Part shown: positions 8,870 through 19,161 of the stretch, piece by piece
Numbering within the stretch: position 1 is the stretch's first letter
How the letters are laid out: each line of letters opens with the position of its first letter
Source of the DNA: Candidatus Cloacimonadales bacterium
GTDB taxonomy: Bacteria; Cloacimonadota; Cloacimonadia; Cloacimonadales; JAIOQZ01
Length of the DNA stretch: 64,000 bases
Direction of reading: 5' to 3'
Assembly (NCBI GenBank): GCA_963674825.1
Contig: OY771587.1
Span: forward strand, 2,368,001 to 2,432,000
Translations under genes and position numbers: made by a program
Notes under the pieces: generated by a model
Databases searched by the model: none
The model's input: the letters and a program-made list of their open reading frames with translations, nothing else
What the model was told of the DNA's origin: nothing

Positions 8870-9943
8870 TCACACGATCAGCATGGCATCGCCGTAGCTG
8901 AAGAATCGGTAGCGCATCTCGACCGCCTGGCGATATGCTTCCATGATGTTGTCGAAGCCAGCGAAGGCGGATACGAGCATCAAGAGCGTAGAGCCTGGCA
9001 TGTGGAAATTTGTGATGATACCGTCCGGTATTTGGATCTGCTTGCCGGGATAGACGAAAAGATCGGTCCATTTTTCACCGGAAAGCAGTTCGCCACCCTC
9101 GGCAAACGATTCCAGTGTGCGCATGCTGGTGGTTCCAACAGCAATGACGCGGCGCCCGTCTCGCTTTGCGAGATTGACCGCGGTAGCGGTCTGCGGCGGG
9201 GCGATACAGAACTCCGAGTGCATTTGGTGCTCGCGAATATCCTCGGTGCGCACAGGCCTGAACGTGCCCAGACCGACGTGCAGGATCACCTCCTTGAACT
9301 CAACTCCCATCTCACGGAGCTGCTCCATCAGGGCGGGGGTGAAATGAAGTCCCGCCGTGGGCGCCGCCACCGACCCGCGTTGCTCGGAATAGACGGTCTG
9401 GTACGTTTGCCTGTCTTTATCCTCGGCCTCGCGTTCGATGTATGGCGGAAGTGGCATCTTTCCGTAGGTCTCGAGCTGCTGCCAGAAATCGCCATCGTGC
9501 TCGAAATCCACTACCCGGTTGTGCTCTTCTGTCCGATCGCCAACAACCGCCTCAAAGCCTTCCCCAATGATCACGCGACTGCCGTTTCTCGTGCGTGCCG
9601 ATGGGCGAACCATGCACTCCCAGCGGCTTCCTTCCAAGTGGTTGAGAAGGAATATCTCAACCTGGCCGCCGGTCGTCTTTTTGCCGAAGATCCGCGCAGG
9701 TATGACCTTTGTGCGGTTGATAACGAGCAAGTCGCCTTCGTGAAGCAACTCGGGAAGGTGAGAAAACTGAGTATGGTTAATACTACCGCTTTGACGCCCG
9801 AGCTGAAGAAGTCGTGAACCGCTACGATTCTCGAGTGGGTACTGTGCGATCAGCTCCTTGGGAAGGTCGTATTCGTAGCTGGTACGTCGATACTGGTAGG
9901 GTATTTCAATATCCGGTGTTTTTTGATTCTTCGAGGATGGCAT
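8870..9943 (-). CDS. queA: SAM:tRNA ribosyltransferase-isomerase (start uncertain)
   Basis: LPKELIAQYP, PLPPYIER, YQTVY, AAPTAGLHFT, HVGLGTFRP, VGTTSMR, TNFH and YRFFSYGDAML motifs. Confidence 0.93.
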   Translation of the reverse strand: MPSSKNQKTPDIEIPYQYRRTSYEYDLPKELIAQYPLENRSGSRLLQLGRQSGSINHTQFSHLPELLHEGDLLVINRTKVIPARIFGKKTTGGQVEIFLLNHLEGSRWECMVRPSARTRNGSRVIIGEGFEAVVGDRTEEHNRVVDFEHDGDFWQQLETYGKMPLPPYIEREAEDKDRQTYQTVYSEQRGSVAAPTAGLHFTPALMEQLREMGVEFKEVILHVGLGTFRPVRTEDIREHQMHSEFCIAPPQTATAVNLAKRDGRRVIAVGTTSMRTLESFAEGGELLSGEKWTDLFVYPGKQIQIPDGIITNFHMPGSTLLMLVSAFAGFDNIMEAYRQAVEMRYRFFSYGDAMLIV

Positions 9944-10649
9944 AAAAGTTCCAGAGTCCAATTTTGCTTTTGACTTGAACGGGAATCTTGAATTCGTCGT
10001 TGGTCAGCCAGATTTCGATGCGTCCCGATTGCTTGAAGATCGCGTCTCCCTGCAAGAGCGGTTCGACAAGGATACATTCTTTCTCGCCGAACATGGTGTC
10101 CAGCGTTTCGTATTTATGCACCAGCACGGTAGCGCGGTAGTTTCTTCCATCGGCTACAACGTTCACGTAGAGCGTGTCGCCAGGCGCGAAGTCTTGCAAA
10201 CGAACCCAGTAGAGCGAGCTGAGGATGTCCTGTGTGTTCTCGGGGATATCGAAGCGATCTTCCTTCATCTGCTGCTTCTTGAAGTCGTAGCGATTGTAGA
10301 TCGTGAAGCCCTGCTCCGGGTAGTAGAAGTGGATACGCAACTGACGATACGAGCCTTCGTGCAGGTTCTTGCTGAACTTGTGGGTAATATGCTTGCTTGC
10401 GTCCCACACGGAAGAAATTTCGTCGCGAACCTTGTAGAAATTGTCGAAGAACGAATTCGTCCGCGCTTTCGAGGTTATTTCGAAGACTGGAATTGTGTCA
10501 CGTAGTGTGCTTTGCTGATAGGTAATGGTTGCCTTACCAGCGCTGACACCGGCGTACTTCACGTTGAACGTGAGGCTTTCGCCCGGATTGACAGCGATGA
10601 GTGCCGCGGTGATTACTAGGAACGTTAGTGCGATGAACCATTTATTCAT
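9906..10649 (-). CDS. DUF3108-like exported protein
   Basis: Signal peptide; GESLTFNVKY.G..AG, QDILS.LY.VR and IWLTND..KIPV motifs. Confidence 0.75.
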   Translation of the reverse strand: MNKWFIALTFLVITAALIAVNPGESLTFNVKYAGVSAGKATITYQQSTLRDTIPVFEITSKARTNSFFDNFYKVRDEISSVWDASKHITHKFSKNLHEGSYRQLRIHFYYPEQGFTIYNRYDFKKQQMKEDRFDIPENTQDILSSLYWVRLQDFAPGDTLYVNVVADGRNYRATVLVHKYETLDTMFGEKECILVEPLLQGDAIFKQSGRIEIWLTNDEFKIPVQVKSKIGLWNFYAILEESKNTGY

Positions 10650-10652
10650 AGA

Positions 10653-11372
10653 TTAAATCTTTCCCCCGGTAAGGAAAAACTCCTCGCCGGTCATGTAACT
10701 GTTTTCGTCCGAGACCAGGAACTTGCACATCCCATAGATGTCGTCCGGTTTTGCCAGCCTTCCGAGCGGGATACGCGCTAGTTGACGGCGGTAGTACTCC
10801 TCGCGGAACAGACGGTACATTCCCGGAAAATGAGTGTCATCTATTTCAACGGGTCCGGGCGATACGACGTTACACAGGATGTCCTTTTCCTCCAGTGAGA
10901 TTGTACGACATATATTTGTGATAGCGGCCTTGGATGCGGCGTAAGCGCTTCCGTTCATGAGCCCGATGCGGCTTACATCGGATCCGAATAGTACAATTCG
11001 ACCCGGCTTTGCTTCACGAAGAATCGGAACGGTCGCTTTCAAGATATGATAACAGCCCAGTACGTTGCTGTCGAGCGTCGCTTTCCAGTGCTCTGGATCG
11101 GTCTGGGAGAGGTGCATGAAATCGGTGCTACGGACTGACGCTGTGTGGATGAGCACTGTAGGTCTGAATCGTAAGGATTCGATTGTATTATTCACTTGGG
11201 GCCAATCGGAAAGCTCGACGCGATGCGCTTCGACGTCCGCGTGATCAAGAAGGTGCGCGATGCGGTTGTCGTTTTTATAATAGAATAGGATCAGCTTGTG
11301 TCCTTCGTTCAAGAATTTCTCTGCGAGATATGCGCCGATATTGCCGTTTGCACCGGTGATCAGGATGGTCAT
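10653..11372 (-). CDS. SDR family (FabG-like) oxidoreductase
   Basis: TGANGNIG Rossmann motif, YAASK, NVVSPG and IPLGRL; ATG overlaps the coaBC stop (ATGA). Confidence 0.85.
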   Translation of the reverse strand: MTILITGANGNIGAYLAEKFLNEGHKLILFYYKNDNRIAHLLDHADVEAHRVELSDWPQVNNTIESLRFRPTVLIHTASVRSTDFMHLSQTDPEHWKATLDSNVLGCYHILKATVPILREAKPGRIVLFGSDVSRIGLMNGSAYAASKAAITNICRTISLEEKDILCNVVSPGPVEIDDTHFPGMYRLFREEYYRRQLARIPLGRLAKPDDIYGMCKFLVSDENSYMTGEEFFLTGGKI

Positions 11373-12535
11373 CGTTTTGCTCCCGTAATGATATCGAGCA
11401 GCTTGTGTGCAAGATCGAACTTGCTGCCGGTAAGCTCTGTGACATCCTTCTTCGAGATGACGTGCAAGTGCGAGTCCAGTTGCCCGGATACGCGTATCAG
11501 ATTGCCGCATACGAAGTCCAGGTTCTTGCTTTGCAATTTTTTACGGGCGTTATCCACGACATCATCGCTTTCTGCGGCGAATCCGACCAGTATCTGGTGC
11601 GGTTTCTTCGCTTCGCCCAGTGCTTTAAGGATGTCTTGCGTGCGCTTCATTGGGAGGATGAGGTCACCGGATTTCTTCATCTTACCAGATACCGGGTCGG
11701 CGAAAGTGTAGTCAGTCACAGCCGCAGCTTTGAAGAGGATGTCGCAGTTTGGGAAATGCTCGAGGCAAGCCTGAAGCATCTCATGGGCTGTCTCGGCATG
11801 GATACCCTCCAAATAGTGGGGCAGAGGCTCGTCCAGATGAGCGTGGATGAGCGTAACCTCGGCTCCGCGAAGGTAAGCTGCTCTGGCGAGCGCAAGTCCG
11901 GTCTTGCCGGAGGAATGGTTGGTCAGGAAGCGCATCTCGTCCAGGTGTTCACGGCATGCTCCAGCGGTGATCATGATCCGCTTGCTTTCGAGGTCACGAC
12001 CATACTTCAGGTAGGTCTGGATGGCGAAGACAATCTCTGTTGTTGCGGGGAAGCGTCCCTTGCCAACGTAACCGCAGGCGAGTCTCCCCGATTCCGGTTC
12101 AAGTACCATCCATCCGTGCTTCTTGAGCTTGTCGAGATTCTCCTGCACGATGGAATTGGCGAACATATTCACGTTCATCGCCGGGACAATGAGTTTCTTC
12201 GTGTGCATCGCCAACGCGGTTGTGGTGAGCAGGTCGTCTGCGATACCGGAGGCGAGCTTGCCGATGATGTTGGCGGTCGCGGGTGCGATAACCATGATAT
12301 CGGCCCAGTCAGCCAGATCGATGTGCGCGATAGGCTCATCGAGGTTGAAGGCGCAGGTTTCCACCTGGTCACGCGTGATAGCCCGGAAGGCGTCCGGTGT
12401 GACGAACTTACGGCTGTTTTCGGTCATGATGGTGCGGACTTTCGCCCCTGCCTTGATCAGGCTGCTTGCCAGATCGAGCGCTTTATAGGCTGCGATGCCG
12501 CCGGTTACGCCGAGTAAAATCTTCGCATCTTTCAT
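11369..12535 (-). CDS. coaBC: Phosphopantothenoylcysteine decarboxylase/ligase
   Basis: GVTGGIAAYK, APATAN, PAMN, LACG..GKGR, RFLTNHSSGK.G, AAVTDY and VGFAAE motifs. Confidence 0.95.
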   Translation of the reverse strand: MKDAKILLGVTGGIAAYKALDLASSLIKAGAKVRTIMTENSRKFVTPDAFRAITRDQVETCAFNLDEPIAHIDLADWADIMVIAPATANIIGKLASGIADDLLTTTALAMHTKKLIVPAMNVNMFANSIVQENLDKLKKHGWMVLEPESGRLACGYVGKGRFPATTEIVFAIQTYLKYGRDLESKRIMITAGACREHLDEMRFLTNHSSGKTGLALARAAYLRGAEVTLIHAHLDEPLPHYLEGIHAETAHEMLQACLEHFPNCDILFKAAAVTDYTFADPVSGKMKKSGDLILPMKRTQDILKALGEAKKPHQILVGFAAESDDVVDNARKKLQSKNLDFVCGNLIRVSGQLDSHLHVISKKDVTELTGSKFDLAHKLLDIITGAKR

Positions 12536-12848
12536 CGTGTCCTCGCTTCGTCTCTATGGAGCTACAAAATAGACTCCAGCTACGTTGTAAAGGAAAATCA
12601 ACGAATCGAAAAAGGAGGACAGAAATAACATGCAGGGGATTCAATATTTTTATATGAAACCTAACCTCTTCATTTAGAGGTTGTTTGTCTCATTTTGATT
12701 TACGGATTGTATAACCATTTGAAAAACAATAAAATGGATTTTCTTTGGGTTGGAAATTATGGCTTGACAAATAATGCATTCCGTTTTTTTTCGTATCGTG
12801 TTTGTTTCGATGTGTTTCAACACATAACAAGCCAGATATTCGGTTGAG

Positions 12849-12876
12849 AAACTGACTGTCGTAGTCAGTTTTTTTT
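12849..12876 (+). terminator. Terminator-like attenuator in the rimP-nusA leader
   Basis: aaactgact-gtcgt-agtcagttt plus a T tract, between TTGACA (12764) and the rimP ATG (12939). Confidence 0.7.
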
Positions 12877-12938
12877 ATGATGAAAAGTGCATTTCATTAA
12901 GGATATCGGGCGGCGAGAATAGATCGAGGTTAATAACT

Positions 12939-13412
12939 ATGGATAAGCGATTTCAACAGCTTGAATCGATTGCGAAGGACATCTGTCAAAAGCACGGTGC
13001 AGCGCTTTACGATCTGGAAGTCAAGACTACGCGCAAGGGTATGATCGTTGCGGTGTTCCTGACAAAAATCGGCGGTGTATCTGTCGATGACTGTGCCGGT
13101 GTGAGCAGAGAGCTCGATCAGGAACTCGACCGTATTGACCTTTTCCCGGGAAGCTACTTTTTGGAAGTCTCTTCCGCAGGGCTGGAACGACCGCTGAAGC
13201 TGAAGAAGCACTTTGTCAGCGCGATCAATGAGCTGGTCCGCGTTACATGGAAAGAAGACGAAAAGACTCACACGCATGATGGAATCCTCGAAGAAGTGCG
13301 CGAGGACGATATCGTTCTCAAGGTGGGTGAGGAGTCGATCAGTGTTCCCTATAAAGAAATCCGTAAAGCTAAGACGGTTTTCGAAATGAAGAAAAGCAAG
13401 AATAGTCAATAA
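12939..13412 (+). CDS. rimP: Ribosome maturation factor RimP
   Basis: GVSVDDC..VSR and Y.LEVSSAGLERPL motifs; upstream of nusA. Confidence 0.93.
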   Translation: MDKRFQQLESIAKDICQKHGAALYDLEVKTTRKGMIVAVFLTKIGGVSVDDCAGVSRELDQELDRIDLFPGSYFLEVSSAGLERPLKLKKHFVSAINELVRVTWKEDEKTHTHDGILEEVREDDIVLKVGEESISVPYKEIRKAKTVFEMKKSKNSQ

Positions 13413-13425
13413 GGGAGTCGCAAAG

Positions 13426-14661
13426 ATGGCAGCAAACCTGATGGCAATCGTAAATGAGCTTGCGTCACTAAAGCAGCTCGATAAAAGTAAAGTGGCAGAG
13501 ATAATCAAGGAAGGGCTCTACGTAGCCATATCCAAGAAGCTCGAGCCTGAAAATGAACTGGAGATCGTCACCAACTACGAGAAGAGCGCCGTTGTAGCGA
13601 GATTCAAGCGCCACGTTGTGGAGCAGGATTATCAGCTCGGTGAGATTTCCGTGGAAGCAGCGCGTGCCGAGTACGACTCTAAAGCAGAAGTCGATGACTG
13701 GATCGAGGTAGAAATGCAGATCCACGAATTCGAACCGAAGGTTATCAAGAACGCTCGCAAGGCGATCCAGGAAAAGATTAAAGAGCTCGAAGAAGAGCGC
13801 ATCATGTTCGACTACGAGAAGCAGCATAAGCAGATCGTCACCGGTAAGATCCGCAAGGTTGACTACAACGGTTATACGGTCGATATCGGCTATGCCGACG
13901 CGCTTCTTCCCGTTGAAGAGCAGGTGGAAGACGAATTTTACAAGGTTGGCGATCTTGTACGTGCGTACGTATTGAACATCCGTAAACTGAAAGCGGATGT
14001 AAAAGTTATTCTTTCACGCACTCATCCCGAATTTGTTAAAAAGCTTTTTGAAAGCGAGATACCGGAAGTGTTTTCCGGAGAGATCGAATTACGTAAGATC
14101 GTGCGTGAGCCCGGCCTGCGCACCAAAGTGTGTGTTTCGTCGAAAGACAAGAATATTGATCCGGCTGGAAGCTGCCTGGGCCCCAAGGGTATCCGCATTG
14201 AGCAGATCCGCAAAGAACTCCACAGTGAGCAGATCGACATCGTGGTCTGGGATGAATCGCCGGAGCAGTTTATCGCCAACGCCATTGGAAACGACCTGGT
14301 GGAACGCGTATATCTGGCCGATCGCGGCAAGTTCGCTCGCGTGATCGTTCAGGATCGTAACAAGAACCTGGCGATTGGTAAAAAGGGTAAGAATGTCAAG
14401 CTGGCAGCTAAGCTGACCGAGTTCAAGCTGGATATCTATACCGAAGAAGAATTCGAAGAGAAGATTTCGGAAGAAAGAAGAATCACCAGTCACGTGATCG
14501 AGCTGGACGGAATCACCCCCAAGATCGCGGACATCCTCAAGGATCACGGATACACCTCGGTTCAGGATATTCACGAGGCGTCTGTGGAAGAGCTTTGCAA
14601 CCTTGAAGGAATCGGAGAAAAGACCGCGATCAAGCTGAAGGAATCCGCGGCCCTCTTCTAA
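13426..14661 (+). CDS. nusA: Transcription factor NusA
   Basis: S1 and KH domains (LSRTHPEF.KKLF..EIPE, REPG.RTK, AIGKKGKNVKLA); C-terminal HhH. Confidence 0.96.
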   Translation: MAANLMAIVNELASLKQLDKSKVAEIIKEGLYVAISKKLEPENELEIVTNYEKSAVVARFKRHVVEQDYQLGEISVEAARAEYDSKAEVDDWIEVEMQIHEFEPKVIKNARKAIQEKIKELEEERIMFDYEKQHKQIVTGKIRKVDYNGYTVDIGYADALLPVEEQVEDEFYKVGDLVRAYVLNIRKLKADVKVILSRTHPEFVKKLFESEIPEVFSGEIELRKIVREPGLRTKVCVSSKDKNIDPAGSCLGPKGIRIEQIRKELHSEQIDIVVWDESPEQFIANAIGNDLVERVYLADRGKFARVIVQDRNKNLAIGKKGKNVKLAAKLTEFKLDIYTEEEFEEKISEERRITSHVIELDGITPKIADILKDHGYTSVQDIHEASVEELCNLEGIGEKTAIKLKESAALF

Positions 14662-14921
14662 TGCCGAACCGGTCTTCGCATGCCGGGCATGTTCCGGAAC
14701 GAACCTGTGTTATTTGCAGGAAGAAGTTGGACAAGGCGAACTTGCTTCGTCTGGTTGTGCTGGATCGGAATCTCTATATAGACATGACAGGGAAATTGTC
14801 GCGGCGCGGCTACTACGTGTGCGACGATAATCAATGCCTGGAGCAGCTGGAAAAATGGCATCGTAAAAAGATGCGCCGGTCTCTGGGTCGCCAGACGAAA
14901 TCTGGTGATAAAGGAAAGTAA
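14661..14921 (+). CDS. ylxR: YlxR/DUF448 family protein
   Basis: PERTCVICR and RGYYVC motifs; canonical position after nusA. Confidence 0.88.
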   Translation: MPNRSSHAGHVPERTCVICRKKLDKANLLRLVVLDRNLYIDMTGKLSRRGYYVCDDNQCLEQLEKWHRKKMRRSLGRQTKSGDKGK

Positions 14922-15239
14922 GTGGAACAAAACAAGGTCGATGAAAAGGTAATGACACTGGTGCATTTCGCACGCAAGTCGGGAAAACTGGTGATCGGTT
15001 ACGACGCAGTACGGCGCTCGGTCGAATCAGGGCATTCGATTCTGGTGCTTATCGCGAACGACCTGGAGAAGGGCAGGCAGCGCAGCATGCGCTTTCTGTG
15101 CGAACAGAGCAAGGTTCAGCTGAGGCTCTTCTCCGATAAAAATAACATTGGAATAGCACTGAACACCCGGGATGTGGGGATCGTCAGTATTGAAGATCGC
15201 AACCTTGCCCGGGGCGCTATGAAATATTTGGATCAATAG
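14922..15239 (+). CDS. L7Ae/YlxQ family RNA-binding protein
   Basis: ARKSGKLVIGYDAV motif; between ylxR and infB. Confidence 0.85.
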   Translation: MEQNKVDEKVMTLVHFARKSGKLVIGYDAVRRSVESGHSILVLIANDLEKGRQRSMRFLCEQSKVQLRLFSDKNNIGIALNTRDVGIVSIEDRNLARGAMKYLDQ

Positions 15240-15258
15240 GGTTCAGTCTGGAGGAAAC

Positions 15259-17799
15259 GTGGCTTTAAGAGTACATGAACTGGCGAAAGAACTAAAAATA
15301 TCGACCGCAGCATTGCGGGTGCATTTGAGAGACCTTGGGGTCAACGTTAAGAGCCACATGAGTTTTATCGAAGATGAGATTGTGGATAAGATCAGGAAGA
15401 AATTCCAGGATCAGATCGCAGCAATCAAGCAGCAGGAGTCGGTCAGAAAGCGTTATCACAATGCTCAGAAGCAAGAGCAGCAGATGAAGCAGAGACCGCA
15501 CACTCAGGATGCTCCGCCTGCCATGAAGCAGCCGGAGAAACCGGTGCAGGAAGCTGTCAATATGGACAAGGTTGAGGTCGCGAAGAAAGAAATACCGACC
15601 TTCACCGAACGTCCAATAAAAAAGACGCCGTCCGCCAAGCCATTCCCTCCGAGGAAAGACCGTCCGCACCCAAATCCAAATCATCACCAGAATCAGCACC
15701 AGCACCAGCACCAGGCTCCCAAGCCTTCTGCTGAACAACCCTACAAGAAAGACAGAGTGCATCAGGAGAAACCGGCACCAGTGGTAGCTGCTCCTGAGGC
15801 TGTTGATCCCAAAACTCAAAAGAAAGTAGTTGTAAAAGAGACTAAAGACTTTGCCGATCTGGGCAAGAAGAGCAAACACCTTGCTGCTAAGCTTAAACAT
15901 ACGCGCAAAGGCAAGAAACGGAAATCATTCGCTCCGACGGAAGTTGAAGAAGCCGAAATCTCGAAAAACATCCGTCAGACACTTGCCCAGAGCAAAAAGC
16001 CCAAGAAGTATCGTAAGGACGATAAACGCCAGGACGCGTCTGCTGACCCCACTTTGATCACCATCAGCGAGTTCACTTCTGTGAGCGAGTTGGCAAAGAT
16101 CATGGATCTGGCCCCGACCGACATCATTGCGCAGTTCTTTAACCTCGGACAGCTTGTGACAATCAACCAGCGTTTGGACAAGGAATCGCTGGAGATGATT
16201 TGCGACGAATTCAACTTCGATGTCGAGTTCCGTGAAGAATACGGAACCGAGATTCTCGAGCAGAAAAAGGAAGATATTAGCGATGCCGAAATGGAGACTC
16301 GCGCTCCTGTCGTAACCATCATGGGGCATGTCGATCACGGTAAGACCTCGATTCTCGACTATATCCGCGAAGCGAATGTCATCGCGGGTGAATCGGGCGG
16401 TATTACCCAGCACATCGGTGCATATCAGGTTATACACGACGGCAATAAAATTACCTTCATCGATACTCCGGGCCATGAGGCCTTCAGTGCGATGCGTTCC
16501 CGCGGTGCGAATATCACAGATATCGGAATCATCGTAGTTGCTGCCGACGATAGCGTGATGCCACAGACGGTCGAAGCGATCGACCACGTCAAGGCTGCCG
16601 GTGTTACCATGATCATCGCCATCAACAAGATCGATGCCCGTGACGCGAACGTTGATCGCGTAATCGCCGACCTTGCTAAGCAGAATATTTACCTCGAAGG
16701 CTATGGTGGTCAAGTCCTCTGGTGCAAGACTTCCGCGATAACCGGAGAAGGAATCGAGGAGCTCCTCGAGTTAATCGTTCTTGCATCCGAGATGAACGAA
16801 TTCAAGGCGAGTTACGATTTACCTGGCCGTGGTACCGTGATAGAAGCGCAGAAAGATCCGCGCATTGGAACCGTGGTTACAGTCCTCATGCAAGAAGGTA
16901 CACTTAAAAAGGCTGATAACGTTGTCTGCGGTGCGACCTATGGCCGTATCCGCAAGATCGAAAATGAGCGCGGCAAAGAGATCAAGAAGCTTGAGCCATC
17001 CGATGTCGGTGTTATCTACGGTCTGAACGATGTTCCCAAGGCAGGTGATATCCTCAATGTGGTTCAGGATGAGAAGCTGGCGAAGTCCATCAGTCTCGAG
17101 CGCCAGCAGATCCGCCATGAGCGTGAGAAGTACCAGGCGCAAACCAACCTGAACAACCTCTTCCAGAAGATTAAAGAACATAATATGACCGAGCTGAACT
17201 TGATCGTTAAAGCAGACTTCGACGGTTCCGTGGAAGCACTTTGCGACTCGTTCGAAAAGCTTTCGAATGAAGAAATCATGGTCAATATCATTCATCGCGG
17301 TGTGGGCGGTATCGTGGAAGCGGACGTCAACCTCGCGATCAGCTCCGACGCTGTGATTATCGGCTTCCATGTGAGACCGAACAACCAGGCTCGGAAACTT
17401 GCTGAAGACAATGGCGTCGAGATCAAACAGTATCAGATCATCTATGATGCGATCAACGACCTCAAGCTTGCAATCCAGGGTATGCTAAAGCCTGAATTCA
17501 AGGAAGAACATCTTGGCAACGCACGTGTGAAGGAGATCTTCAAGATCCGCAAGATCGGAACTATAGCTGGTTGCGCTGTTGAGAAAGGCGTCATCCGCAA
17601 GAACGCGATCGTACGCATCTACCGGCACGACACCATGATTCACGAAGGTAAGATTTCGTCACTTAAGCACTACAATAAGGACGTTGATGAGATTCGTGCT
17701 GGAACCGAATGCGGTATCGGCATCGATAACTTCAACGACCTCAAGGAAGGCGATGTGATCGAAGCCAGCATCATGGTGGAAGTACCGAAAGAGTTATAG
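15259..17799 (+). CDS. infB: Translation initiation factor IF-2
   Basis: [10 protein letters not shown]-terminus; [27 protein letters not shown] and NKID motifs. Confidence 0.98.
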   Translation: MALRVHELAKELKISTAALRVHLRDLGVNVKSHMSFIEDEIVDKIRKKFQDQIAAIKQQESVRKRYHNAQKQEQQMKQRPHTQDAPPAMKQPEKPVQEAVNMDKVEVAKKEIPTFTERPIKKTPSAKPFPPRKDRPHPNPNHHQNQHQHQHQAPKPSAEQPYKKDRVHQEKPAPVVAAPEAVDPKTQKKVVVKETKDFADLGKKSKHLAAKLKHTRKGKKRKSFAPTEVEEAEISKNIRQTLAQSKKPKKYRKDDKRQDASADPTLITISEFTSVSELAKIMDLAPTDIIAQFFNLGQLVTINQRLDKESLEMICDEFNFDVEFREEYGTEILEQKKEDISDAEMETRAPVVTIMGHVDHGKTSILDYIREANVIAGESGGITQHIGAYQVIHDGNKITFIDTPGHEAFSAMRSRGANITDIGIIVVAADDSVMPQTVEAIDHVKAAGVTMIIAINKIDARDANVDRVIADLAKQNIYLEGYGGQVLWCKTSAITGEGIEELLELIVLASEMNEFKASYDLPGRGTVIEAQKDPRIGTVVTVLMQEGTLKKADNVVCGATYGRIRKIENERGKEIKKLEPSDVGVIYGLNDVPKAGDILNVVQDEKLAKSISLERQQIRHEREKYQAQTNLNNLFQKIKEHNMTELNLIVKADFDGSVEALCDSFEKLSNEEIMVNIIHRGVGGIVEADVNLAISSDAVIIGFHVRPNNQARKLAEDNGVEIKQYQIIYDAINDLKLAIQGMLKPEFKEEHLGNARVKEIFKIRKIGTIAGCAVEKGVIRKNAIVRIYRHDTMIHEGKISSLKHYNKDVDEIRAGTECGIGIDNFNDLKEGDVIEASIMVEVPKEL

Positions 17800-17803
17800 C
17801 CCA

Positions 17804-18178
17804 ATGCCAAAAATCAGGATTCAACGACTTCAGAGCGAATTATTTCGCTTAATGAATACGACTGTAGTTGGGAACCTGCGCGATCCGCGACTGGATACCG
17901 TCACCTTTACCAGTGTGACGCTAACGCCCGACATGCAGTTTCTCAAGGTTTTCTTCACCTGCATGGAAGATGAAGAGACGAACCGGGACGACGTAAAGCG
18001 CCTCTTGAACCGCAGTGTCGGATTCGTGAAAAGTCAGATTGCCGACGCACACATCATGCGGACGATTCCCGATATTCATTTCTACCACGACGATACGAGC
18101 GATCGGGTTTCCAGCTTGGAAAGTATCTTTGACAAAATCAGGCGGGAACAGGAGCAGAAAGAGTCGGACGATGAATAA
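17804..18178 (+). CDS. rbfA: Ribosome-binding factor A
   Basis: LRDPRL, V.LTPD and R.IP.I.F..D motifs; follows infB. Confidence 0.9.
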   Translation: MPKIRIQRLQSELFRLMNTTVVGNLRDPRLDTVTFTSVTLTPDMQFLKVFFTCMEDEETNRDDVKRLLNRSVGFVKSQIADAHIMRTIPDIHFYHDDTSDRVSSLESIFDKIRREQEQKESDDE

Positions 18179-19148
18179 AAAGCTGTCCGCGCTGAAGGAA
18201 CATCTCAGTAAGGAAACGGCTGCGTATTCGACCATCGCTATGGTCACGCACGTAAATCCCGATGGGGATGGATTGGCTGCATGTCTTGCCTATCAGGACA
18301 TCCTTGCCGAATCCGGTGTTCATGCGGATATCGTTCTCGAAGAGACTGCACCAGAGCTTTACGATTACATTGATGGTGCCGAGAGGACTATCATCTTCGA
18401 TAATTCGCTACAATACGATCTCTTGATTCTGATCGACTGCCACGAGCAGAAGCGGATCGGGATATGCGCACCGCTGGTTGATCGTGCGAAGTCGATTGTG
18501 GCTATCGATCATCATACTCCCGGCTTGCTCATCGAGAATGCCTATACCTGCATCGTAACAGAAATCGTCAGTGCTGGAGCAATGATCTACCGCATGTTCG
18601 AGGATGAACTGGCAGGATTTGGGCAACGCGACCGCATCGTGAAGGCGATCTATACCACGATATTGAACGACACCGATAATTTCCAGAATTCCAATACAAA
18701 TGCCGAGACGTTCGAGTTCTGTGCCAGCCTGGCAAAGCTTGGCCTGCACGCGGGTGAGATCGTACGGCTGTTCATATGGTCCAAGACGCCACATGAGATG
18801 AAGCTGGTAGGTGAAGTGCTGTCCACTATCGAAATGCGGCACGACGGAGACATCCTCTTCATGCACTCTACCCTGGAAATGCTTGAGCGTAACGAACTCA
18901 CAGGCGAAGCGACATCCAAGATGACGCGCTGGGTGAAGGGCACCAAAGGTGCGAAAGTGGTTGTCTATTTCAGGGAAGTTGCCAGCGAAACCTGGCGTCT
19001 CAGCCTGCGCACGGAGCACCTCGATGTCGCGGTTATCGCGAGGAATCACAAAGGTGGAGGCCATATACGCGCTGCCGGATGCGAGGTGAGAGGTTCGCTT
19101 GCTCACGTAAAGGACCTGCTGCAAGCAGAAATTATCAACCAATTATAG
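18171..19148 (+). CDS. nrnA: DHH/DHHA1 phosphoesterase (NrnA-like)
   Basis: HVNPDGDG, IDHH, DT.NF, SLR and GGGH.RAAG motifs. Confidence 0.85.
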   Translation: MNKKLSALKEHLSKETAAYSTIAMVTHVNPDGDGLAACLAYQDILAESGVHADIVLEETAPELYDYIDGAERTIIFDNSLQYDLLILIDCHEQKRIGICAPLVDRAKSIVAIDHHTPGLLIENAYTCIVTEIVSAGAMIYRMFEDELAGFGQRDRIVKAIYTTILNDTDNFQNSNTNAETFEFCASLAKLGLHAGEIVRLFIWSKTPHEMKLVGEVLSTIEMRHDGDILFMHSTLEMLERNELTGEATSKMTRWVKGTKGAKVVVYFREVASETWRLSLRTEHLDVAVIARNHKGGGHIRAAGCEVRGSLAHVKDLLQAEIINQL

Positions 19149-19161
19149 CAGTACTACACTG

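Noticed and set aside
8717..9817. 366-aa plus-strand ORF, and similar long antisense ORFs such as 11405-12517, 52111-53199 and 62575-63582
   Set aside because: Antisense shadows of well-supported genes (queA, coaBC, RND genes, kinase) with no recognisable motifs.
14490..14661. HhH repeats at the NusA C-terminus
   Set aside because: Normal for NusA in many phyla and unrelated to the PheT insert.
15688..15714. CAGCAC tandem repeats (QHQHQH) in infB
   Set aside because: In-frame low-complexity stretch in the naturally variable IF2 N-terminus; a 6-bp unit cannot shift the frame.
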